Shown here in pieces: positions 53,171 to 64,000 of a stretch of 64,000 nt of DNA. Origin of the DNA: Eledone cirrhosa (lineage: Eukaryota); assembly GCA_964016885.1 (NCBI GenBank), contig OZ024742.1, positions 48,236,001-48,300,000 of the forward strand. The letters run 5' to 3'. Each line of letters begins with the position of its first letter. Positions within the stretch are counted from its first letter, which is position 1. The translations under genes and the position numbers were made by a program. Under the pieces are notes generated by a model. That model had not been told where the DNA came from. It did not search any database and saw only the letters and a list, made by a program, of their open reading frames with translations.

Positions 53171-55230
53171 GTTAACAAAATGATACTGGAAGATTGTCAT
53201 AATAGACACAAAAATCTATCGATTGCTTGGATAGATTATAAAAAAGCATTTGATAGTTTGCCACACAGTTAGATTGAAAAATGTTTAGAGATTTTCAAAA
53301 TATCCCCCGTTGTCAGGAGGTTTTTGTCATTCAGTATGAGGACATGGAGAACGACACTCCTTTTGAATAGTGAAACAAAATCACTGGAAGCTGGAGAAGT
53401 TAACATTAATTGTGGAATTTTTCAGGGTGACTCTTTATCACCGCTTTTATTCTGCATCGCACTTATACCATTAAGTAAAATGCTCAATGAAACAAAACAT
53501 GGATATAGAGTCTATGACAAAACCATTAATCACCTGTTCTACATGGATGACCTGAAACTATTCGCAAAAAATGATGAACAATTGCAAGGGCTATTATCCA
53601 CTGTGAAGCAGTTCAGTGATGACATTAAAATGGAGTTTGGACTGGATAAATGCGCCAAAGCAACGTTCACCAGAGGAAAGCTGCTGAAGAGTTCAGACAT
53701 TAATCTTGATCGGGGGAACGTGATAAGAGAGCTTGATCAAGAACAAACTTACAAATATCTAGGTGTTTGTGAAGGAGACGGAATCAAGCACTCGACAATG
53801 AGGGAAAGGATAAGGAAGGAATGTTACCGCAGAGTCAGAGCAATCTTAAGAACGGAATTGAATGCAAGGAATAGGATCGATGCCATAAACACGCTTGCCA
53901 TACCAGTAGTAACCTATAGTTACAATGTCATCAACTGGTCAAGCACAGAGATCCGTAGGCTCGATACAAAAATCCGAAAATTCTTAACCATGCACAGAAT
54001 GCATCACCCTAAGGCAGACATAGATAGAATATATCTCCCTAGGAAAGAAGGAGGACGTGGGTTAATCCAGTTAGACATTGCGTTGAAAACTGCAACAATT
54101 GGATTATCCACATATCTAAGGGAATCACATGATTGGATGATCAAACTCGTTTTGAAACACGAAAGCACCAAAAGATCATATTCCATTACAAAAGATGCAC
54201 AAAGATACAGTAATGGACTACAAATTTCAGAAGTCCCATTTACTGCTGAAATGGAAAACACAGAAAAAGCAAAGCAGGTAAAAGTAACTGCAAAGAAAGA
54301 ACTGCTACAGAAACTGGCTAAGAAATGGCAAGAAAAGCCTCTGTATGGAAAATACCCAGAGCGAGCTAACAATCCTGATGTTGACAAAACTTTAACCCAT
54401 CAGTGGTTGGCATCCTCTGGACTGAAATCGGAGACTGAAGGACTGATTATATCCGCACAAGATCAGTGTCTGCCAACAAAAAAATACCAAGCCAACATAA
54501 TAAAAAATGGGTGCAGCCCATTATGCCGTGTATGCAAAAAACAACCAGAGACCATTGACCATATAATTTCAATGTGCAGTCCTATAGCTCCAACCGAATA
54601 CCTAAACAGGCATGACAGAGCTGCACAATACATACATTGGATAATGTGTAAGCATTTTGACCTGCCCCATCAAAAGAATTGGTGGGAGCATCAACCACCT
54701 CCCATACTTGAAAAAGATCACATCTCAATCTTGTGGAACTTTAGCATCCAAACAGACCGAAAAATAGATGCAAATAGACCTGATATAATATTGAAGGACT
54801 TTCAAAGGAGGGTATGCCTGCTAATTGATATGTCTGTTCCAATAGACAAGAATGTATCTATAAAAACATTTGAAAAATTGAGCAAGTATAAGGACCTGGA
54901 GATAGAAATTGGAAAAATGTGGAAATTGAGAACTAAAACAATACCAGTGGTTGTAGGCGCTCTGGGAATGATACCTAAGGGGTCTAACGACTACTTATCG
55001 CAAATCCCAGGAAACCCGCGTATAGGAGAAATACAAAAGATAGTACTAATGGGAACTGCCCATATACTAAGGAAGATCCTGTCAATATAAGTACATCACA
55101 AGTCTAAACACTAAGGATGCATGTGTGAATATGTGTGTTCTTTCTTGAACATGGCGGACCTTGTTGTCTCTTGAGGTCACTGGTTGTGACTTGGTGATAA
55201 CTCGTATAAACATAAAGCAAGATAAATGCA

Positions 55231-55231
<1 letters not shown>
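53171..55231 (+). mobile_element. Second Dong/R4 family, 5'-truncated, in (TAA)n; open 588-aa RT-RLE ORF (53324-55090)
   Basis: WIDYKKAFDS, GIFQGDSLSP, YMDDLK, CRVC..H..C, RHD, NRPD; (TAA)n at 55232-55259. Confidence 0.95.
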
Positions 55232-55261
<30 letters not shown>

Positions 55262-56141
55262 TAGGGAAGAAGACGCACGATGTGGTAGAAGGTCATGAAA
55301 TCGCTCCCGTACTTTTGAATTTTTAACATATTTAAATCATTTGTGAAATAACTCTTAGTACAAATGCTACGTAAAGCATCCGGCTTGAGCCCCCAAAAAT
55401 TCGGACCCAAAATATATTGTTATAAGGCTCAAATATTCAAATATTCAACTTTGTATTGTACATTGTATATTCAAAAAAGAAAATGGCTATAAATGGAAGA
55501 AGAACCTCCTCTGTCTACACTATATAGAACAGCCAAACAACACCAATTTCACCAACACCAGAAACTAGATACACCACCTACCACATCACCTCTCTGTGTA
55601 CACTAAACACAACAGCCAGATAACGGCCATCATTACTACCACTATCCCACCATCACCGCGGCCACCACTCCTTCATTGCTACCACCGCTACAACACCATC
55701 ACTACAGTAACACGATCACATCACCACCAGCACTGCCTCAGTATCGACATCACCACCACCACTGTCTCAGTATCGCTTCCGCCGCTGCTGTCTCCCATTG
55801 CTTCTGCTAGTTGCTGCCACCACATTATAGAATTCCTACTAAAAAAGAGGAAGGCATCAAAATATATAGATAGACTCAAAAGAAAAAAGAAAAAACAAAC
55901 ATCAAAACCAAAACATTACAGCAACAACAGCAAAAAACGAGAAAAACAAACAGAGAAAAACAAAAACAAAAAAAAAAAAAAAAACGTAAAGAAAATAAGA
56001 ATGAAGAGAGAAACAAGCGAACGGGCAGAGAAGAGAGGGGAAAAACTAAGTCAGACATTCGAACACTACATTACAATGAAACTTATGCTTATTCATTTTT
56101 GGGGTTTTTTATGCCTGCGTGTTTGTTTGTTTATTTGTGTT

Positions 56142-59100
56142 CGTCTACAGCGTGGTGATAATGTCACACAAGTGCCAAATGGAACGGCGCCACCACCGGA
56201 AACGGTGAATCCACAGATGGCTATGTAACCTTACATTCGCCAATCCTCGATAAGAGTGTTTAAATATCGAACCTAAACAGTTCGAATAACGGTGAAATGG
56301 AGACTAGAACGTCATGTGACAGACTCTCACCCAACAGGTGCCCCCTGGCTCAGCAGCAGGAACCTGACTGTCAACCAAATACTGCTGGTGTTGGAGGAAG
56401 AAAAAGAAGGAAAGGGACCAGAACCAACTGGACGAAAGAATTGAATAGAACTGTTATGCAATGTTACCTGAAAATTAACCCCAAGGAGAGGGGCTATAGG
56501 AGACGGATGCATAACATCTGGAACGAGATTGGTCTATTTAAATTAGATGAACAAAAATTGGCCGGGCAGGCTCGGGTAATAAGAACTAATGGGTGGATAA
56601 GCGAGCTGGAACTGGAGGAACTGAGCAGAGAGAATAGCTTGGAGATGGAGGGTGTAGTATACCAGACAAACGAGCCAGTGGGAAATGAAGGTGTAGAGGT
56701 CAAGAGAACGGAGGAACCACCCGAAGCAGACAATGATCTGAACACTGAGATAAATAATACCTGGAACAGAGATACGGCCACTGAGGAGATGAATGCTGAC
56801 GGGATGGGACAAGATTCGGTTGACATCCTAAATTTAATGGTAGATGAATTGAACAATGATAGTGGGAGACCTATGAACCTAAGATTTGTAGACAGGAAAA
56901 AGTTAAAAGAAACAACAGCTAAGGTAAACAAAGTCATCCCATACCTTGAGGCGAGGAGCCTTCACCAGTGCAACAATATCCTCAAAGCAACAGCAAATAC
57001 GGTGAGGAAACTACTTGGTATAAAAGCGAGAGGAAACAACAGACAAGAAAGAGCAGAGACTTGGTGGAAGAAACGACTGAGTGGTCAAATCAGGGAAATG
57101 AGAAATAATATTGGAAAGCTTGAGTCCCTACTGAATGGGACACTAAAAAACATAGACACTAAAAATAGACTGGAAATAAAGTACAAAACTAGGAGGAAAA
57201 AGCTAAATATTATCATAGAGGAACTGAAGCAACGCATTGTAGCAAAGAGTGCAAAAATCAGGCCATACGAGAACAGAGTCAGCCAGTATAGACAAAACCG
57301 CATGTTCGACAACAACCAGAAGATGTTGTTTGGACAGCTTGAAGGGAAAGAAAGAGGCAACGACTTGATCCCTGAGGCGGAACAAACTAAAACATTCTGG
57401 AGAGGAATATGGGATCAGGATGTTAAACATAATGACCAGGCAGTGTGGATTGAGACAGTACAGAAGGAGATTAGTGAACAGGTACACCAACAAACTGATT
57501 TGAGTATCACAGTTGAAACTCTTAAGGGGCAGGCCAAAAAACTAACCAACTGGAAATCACCAGGCCCAGATGGTGTGCAGGGGTATTGGATTAAAAATAT
57601 AACATCCCTCCACCCGAAACTGACAACCATGTTCAATGACTGCTTGATGATGTCAGGAGAGGTACCAGAGTGGTTGACAAAAGGTACCACAGTTCTGATA
57701 ATGAAAGACCGAATCAAGGGTAATGATGTTACCAACTATAGACCTATCACATGTCTGTCCGTAATGTGGAAACTGTTGACAAGCATTATGTCTGAGGAAA
57801 TCTACAATCACCTCCGCACAAAGAACTTGTTACCGGACGAACAGAAAGGATGTCGAAAGAAGTCACGTGGTACAAAGGACCAGTTACTTATTGATAAGAT
57901 GGTAATGAGGAATTGCAAAAGGAGACACACTGGTCTTGCCATGGGATGGATAGACTACAAAAAGGCATTTGACATGGTGCGTCATTCTTGGATCACCAAA
58001 AGCCTGGAGATCTTCAAGATGGCAGATAACATCAGACAGTTGTTGGGCAAAAGTATGAAGTCCTGGGAAACAGAGTTAACATCAACAGGAGAATCCTTGG
58101 GAAGCGTGAAGATCAAGAGAGGTATCTTCCAGGGAGATAGTCTGTCCCCTCTGTGGTTTGTCCTTGCCCTGATGCCCCTGACCAGTGTACTGCGAAACGT
58201 GAGAGCAGGATACAGGTTGGGAAAGGGAGGGCTTACCATCAATCACCTCCTCTTCATGGACGATCTTAAGCTCTTCGGGAAGAGTGAGAAGGAGTTGGAT
58301 GTGCTTGTGACACTGTCCGTATTTTCAGCAATGATATATGTATGCAATTTGGTATTAGTAAGTGTGGAGTCATTGTGATGAAGAAGCGTAAGTTGAACAG
58401 AAGTAACGGAATCCAGGTACCAACAGGTGAGATGATCAAGGAAATTGACTCTGAAGAAGGATGCAAGTATTTGGGCGTTCTGGAGGCTGATGACATCAAG
58501 AACAAAAAGAAGAAGGAATTGATAAGAACTGAATACATTCGGAGAATAAGGAGCGTATTAAAGTCACATCTGAACAGTAGGAATGCCATAAGTGCAGTAA
58601 ATTCCCGAGCTGTGTCTATTATTAGGTACAGTGCGGGAATTCTGAGGTGGAATGTTGCTGAACAAAAAGAAATGGATAGGAAGACTAGGAAGCTATTGAC
58701 TATCTACAACATGTACCACAAGAGGAGTGATGTCGATAGACTCTACTTAAGGAGATGTGAAGGTGGAAGAGGTATTATCAGCATAGAGGACTGTGTTCGG
58801 ATGGAGAAAAACAACCTACACAAATACGTGACTGATAGTAAGGAGCCAATGCTCAGAACTGTACTAAAGAAGGGGACAATAGGCCAGGGGATGTCCAAGG
58901 AGGAAATAACATCAAGGAGAAAGAGCAGCCTTCAGGAAAAATCCCTTTATAATACCTTCTTTGAGAAAACTGAATTTAGAGATCCACAGACATGAAACTG
59001 GTTGAAAAGAGGAGACCTTAAAAAGGCTACAGAAGGAATGTTAATGGCTGCGCAGGAGCAGGCCCTCAAAACGAAGTGGTTGAAACACCATATTTACAAG

Positions 59101-59765
59101 GAGGAGGCTAGCCCACCGTGCAGGATCTGTGGAGAGAGAGAGGAGACTGTGGCTCACATTGTATCCGAGTGTAAACACCTAGCCCAGACTCACTATAAAG
59201 GCTGGAGACATGATGTGATGGGCAGGGTGATCCACTGGCACCTATGCAAAGTAAACAATTTACCACATTCTGAGAAGTGGTATGAGCATAAGCCAGAGGC
59301 GGTGATAGAAAAAGATCAGGTGAAGGTGCTGTGGGATTTTAGGATACAGACGGACAAGAAACTTGAATACAATAGACCTGACCTGGTGGTTGTGGACAAA
59401 GTAAAAAGATCGTGCCTGATTGTGGATGTGGCCTGCCCATTTGACGCGAGAGTGCAAGAGAAGGAGAGGGAGAAAATTAACCGATACCAGGACTTAAAGT
59501 GGGAGGTAAAAAGGATTTGGAACTGCCATGAATCAGAATAGTCCCGATTGTCATAGGCGCACTAGGTACTATCTCAAAGAGTTTCCAAGGGTGGTTAAAG
59601 AAAGTTAGTCCAGCCCCGCTTTTTGGAACACTTCAAAAGGCATACTTGCTGGGAACAGCAAGAGCCCTCCGATACGTTCTGAATATCCGAGGCTGCAGGT
59701 AGCGGCTTGATATTCATTTCAACAAACTTTCCAGTTAAATAACATCAATGACTGAGACTCAAAGA
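56142..59765 (+). mobile_element. Near full-length Dong/R4 RLE LINE (same family as 51975), with frameshifts and a stop
   Basis: ORF pieces 56297-58378, 58342-58995, 59002-59541; WTKELNRTVMQCY, SPGPDG, NYRPITCL, FMDD, RLE; (TAA)n tail. Confidence 0.95.
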
Positions 59766-59789
59766 ACAATAATAATAATAATAATAATA

Positions 59790-59962
59790 ATTTCTAATAT
59801 AGGCACAAGGCCAGCTATTTGCGGGAGGGGAAATTCGATTAAATCGACTCTTTGCATTACTGGTGCTTTATTTTATAGACCCCGTAAGGATGAAAGGAAA
59901 AGCTAACCTCGGCGGTATTGGGACTTAGAAACCTGCCGAAGTTACCTTTACCTTTCATCCTT
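59790..59962 (-). mobile_element. SINE fragment (long variant)
   Basis: aggcacaaggccagc..cccgtaaggatgaaagg. Confidence 0.8.
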
Positions 59963-60845
59963 AATAATAAGAATGTTTTCTTTATTGACTGCAAAGTGTT
60001 TAAATGAAAAAAAAACACATTACGGACAGCAAAGGACGGTCCAATGTGGGTTTCTGCGTGGAAAAATGAGTATAAAACAAAAACAAAGGATATAACAAAA
60101 AATTGATACAAAAGATATATCCCCATTAGATGGGAGACTTCCGAGTGTTACTCGCTGGTAAAGGCGACAAAAGCCATCGCTCATTAACACTAAATTATGG
60201 GATGTTCTGTCGGATCATAGACGGCTACTAACCCGAAAGTGTGCCCTTCACTGCTGGTCACGTCCAACAACAGCAATTACCGTCTGGGTTTAGGAAATGA
60301 CGCGAGCCGCGAGATCCAGACTTCTGCGTAACAACACAGCTCCTCCGCATCCAGATCTTGGACGTTTTGGTGATGCATACACATCGTAGCCGCTGAAAAT
60401 GGGTGCGAAATCTTGTGCCTCGGAGATTCTGGTCTCACTAATGACCAATACATCTATGTTTAGTGACCTTAGGTCCTTGAGCAAGTTACCCTGCTTCCAA
60501 GCCGACACCAGGCCACGTGTATTTATACTGCCTGTTCTGACCATGTAGAAAAGGACGAATGTTGGAAGGACGAATGCTTCCTACGTTTGCAAGATGTGAC
60601 CTTCCCCACAAGGATGCCTCTATATTCTTCTGAAGGAGGTTTCTCGGAAGTCTTCAATTGAATCAGATAAGATTTTTCTGGAGAAGAGTGTATGCCTTTT
60701 AATTATTTTTTGGATATTTACATCTATGTGGTGAACCGATACTGGAGGATATCTAATTAAAGCACTTGCACACATCTTCGCCATCACCAGGAAACACCAA
60801 GCGTACATAACGAACACAGTAAGGAATTTGGGGAAAAACTGTTAA
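59963..60845 (-). mobile_element. Deleted Tx1/L1-like relic related to the 47.4-51.5 kb element
   Basis: Similar 3' UTR (tttctgcgtg, gggagacttc) and APE start RTGSINTRGL..ISETR. Confidence 0.8.
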
Positions 60846-60959
60846 ACCTATTCTCGCTAGCTGCCCAGTGATAGTAAGCAATAATATATACAGAGACATG
60901 ATAGAACTGTTATTTATATACACTGAAAGGTATGCCAAGACAAAAACTAAATAGCAACT

Positions 60960-61345
60960 GAAAAGAGAGCCTAAGGATGAACTTCACGAAAGTTGTCAGA
61001 AAATGTGAAAGCAACCATATTCTGTGATATGCCAAAACACACAGATCAAAGCCAAAAGATCAGATATTTATGTAATGACCACAAACAAATGTAATGCCTA
61101 CAAACAAAAATATATACATCAATGAAATGGAGAAATTATCCAGATATAGAGATCTAGAGAGAGACAGAAATCGAATGTGTGTGATGAATATAGAAACAAT
61201 ATTCATAATAACAACATATGCTGTGTGGTTGATAAAAAAAACATACACACGCAGATGTATAAACCATAGAAGATATAAATATATACAGCGTACACAAAAG
61301 GCACTTCACACGTATTACAAATATCATTCTCAATCTAATATAAAC
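60960..61345 (+). pseudogene. Decayed Dong-type RLE C-terminus
   Basis: MPTNKNIYINEMEKLSRYRDLE aligns with VPIDKNVSIKTFEKLSKYKDLE of the 53324 ORF. Confidence 0.65.
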
Positions 61346-62222
61346 CAAACCAAAATCAACAGCAGGACTTCGGGAACAATTTATCAACCATACGTATAAC
61401 CTATCTAGTCTAAATGTAGCTCCTAATCTCGCTGTTAGTGTCACTATTAGGTCAAGTAACATAGTTCTTCTCTGTCATGATGCTACAAATCCCCGATGTT
61501 CTCTGGACACTTCCTATTCATTTTATTATCTTATATCTACTCTCATTTATCTTTCCTATTTCCACTCCTATTTTATTCTTAATAGTCATCCATCACTTTC
61601 AAACCTCTAGCTTCCTCCTCATCACAAGACGACGGGTGGGAATTCCTCTATCAACCTGTGTTAGATCCTTGCTGGAAGAGAGAACTCGGTTTCTCAGGAT
61701 TTGATACAAATCATTGCCATCACTCTGACCCTGGGTGCTCCTGAAACAGAGTTAGGTGGTTAAATGATTCGAAGCCTTTTGTTAGAGAAAAGTACCAATA
61801 ACAAAACTTTTTTTATTGTATAATAATAAAAAAAGGTAATAATGATGATGGCTTTTTGACAGGGATTATGCTTATTATGATGATGAGTGAAATAAATATT
61901 ATGAGGATAATGAGACATAAATATAAGTCGTAATAATAATTGGCCCATTGGGAAAGATAAAATATAACACAATGAAAAATCTATATAAGTTAATACTGGA
62001 ACTTGGATTATTACACAATGGCTATAAAAAATATAAAATCGCCAGACGACGAACATTCAATAGAGAAGCAATTACAACAAAGTTCACAGACACGGACACA
62101 CACCCATGCATAGACACCCGCACACACATAATTACATATATACATGTATGTATATATATATACCTACACATATTTACAAACACACACACATATACATGTA
62201 TATATATATATATATGTATGTA

Positions 62223-62370
<148 letters not shown>

Positions 62371-62699
62371 AACTAATATAACTAATAGGGGTATAACATT
62401 TAGATATATAAATCAACAAAAGGCTTAAAGAACAACAATTAACTTTCACAAAATATTCTATCTATAAACATACCAGAATATTATTCTTTTTCTGTAGCAA
62501 GTCATCAAAAATGATTAAATTCTTGTATAGTAGGGGTCAAAATATATAGCTTTAAAGAAAAATGCCAGAATATTTTATGTCAGAGACATTAATTGTGTTC
62601 CTAAAAGAAACATCTATATATAAGGGTATATTGATATTAGTTGTGTTTACAGAATAGCATACGACCAGGAGTATGATTTGTAACACTATATTATAATAA

Positions 62700-62955
62700 T
62701 AATTGTTCCTACATTTGGCACAAGGCCAGCAAATACTGGTACTTTATTTTATCGACCCCGTAAGGATGAAAGGCAAAGTTAACCTCGGCGGGATTTGAAC
62801 TCAGACCGTAAAGGGACGTAACTATGCTGGAAAGCATGGCATCGGACTCTCTACTGATACTACCAATCCACAATGGTCTCCTAGTTAGGCACAATAGCAA
62901 AAATGTTGTGGAGGAGAAGTCGATTAAATCGAACCAAGTGCATTACTGGTACTTT
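62700..62955 (-). mobile_element. SINE plus an adjacent partial second copy
   Basis: Full core, B box and A box at 62700-62871; tail fragment at 62885-62955. Confidence 0.88.
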
Positions 62956-63056
62956 ATAAATATTGTGATACTAATATTAACAGTTGTTCCCAGAAAGACC
63001 TGCAATGATATCAAACCACATGTAAAGTTTAATATAAATATATATATATATATCAG

Positions 63057-63103
<47 letters not shown>

Positions 63104-63336
63104 TATGTGTGTGTGTGTGTGTGAGTGTTATATATATATATAGTGCAAATAAAATAATTGATATCCATAACATACATATATATACAATGTATATTCCCAA
63201 GTTGTTTGTTAGAAAGGTCCTCAATACATTGGCAGAGTACACATATCTTTATTATGTATAGAAATGACTTCTGCAGAACTACAACTGTAGGAAATGATAA
63301 TTTCACAAGGATGAAACATTCTAAGTCCTGTGGAAA

Positions 63337-63406
<70 letters not shown>

Positions 63407-63431
63407 TCACACACACACACACACGCACACG

Positions 63432-63554
<123 letters not shown>

Positions 63555-63624
63555 ACACACACACACATATATGAAAAATACCAATGAAGGTTGGAAGATC
63601 ACCTGATGAAGGACTAATTTTATT

Positions 63625-63655
<31 letters not shown>

Positions 63656-63944
63656 TCCTAATACCGTTTGCATATAAGGTCGGTGGTTTTCCTTGGTGTG
63701 AAGCGATTAAGAGGAAAAAATAACCCTGTTGTGGGAAGAAAAATCCCAGTCCTTCGGAGAGTTACCTGCTAAATACAGTTGGTTCTCATATTCAGCTGAG
63801 TGCACATTATTATTGTAAAATTTAGGGCTCTGTCTAATAATCGAATGCACGGTATTATGACCATAAATCTTACACACTAAACCCTAAATCACACACGTCC
63901 ACACACACACACACACACACCCCACACACACGCGTACCCCCCCC

Positions 63945-63991
<47 letters not shown>

Positions 63992-64000
63992 TGTATATGT

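Noticed and set aside
58993-58995. In-frame TGA as possible selenocysteine or readthrough
   Set aside because: The paralogous copy at ~52328 has TGG (Trp); ordinary nonsense mutation
63655-63860. Possible second SINE family (reverse complement cactcagctgaatatgagaacc)
   Set aside because: Single diverged copy with no clear A/B boxes; insufficient support

Overview
AT-rich eukaryotic intergenic or intronic DNA made almost entirely of nested transposable elements and (TA)n/(CA)n/(CT)n/(TAA)n microsatellites. No host gene is recognisable. The repeat content suggests an invertebrate, probably an octopus-like cephalopod (inference only). Main components: (1) about ten Penelope-like elements (PLEs; RT + GIY-YIG) or non-coding derivatives with inverted pseudo-LTR arms sitting in TA microsatellites. 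(2) About 21 type I hammerhead ribozyme (HHR) motifs read by eye, many with non-canonical cores (U3-A8 swap, U10.1-U11.1, NUU cleavage triplet, U4A, extra core bases), including a tandem retrozyme-like 318-nt unit at 1952-2490. (3) Two non-autonomous Helitrons whose empty sites survive in the opposite inverted arm. (4) R4/Dong-type RLE LINEs in (TAA)n and, unusually, in (CATA)n. (5) Tx1/L1-like and RTE LINE relics. (6) About ten copies of one tRNA-type SINE. All structures and coordinates were read manually; no folding or database search was run.
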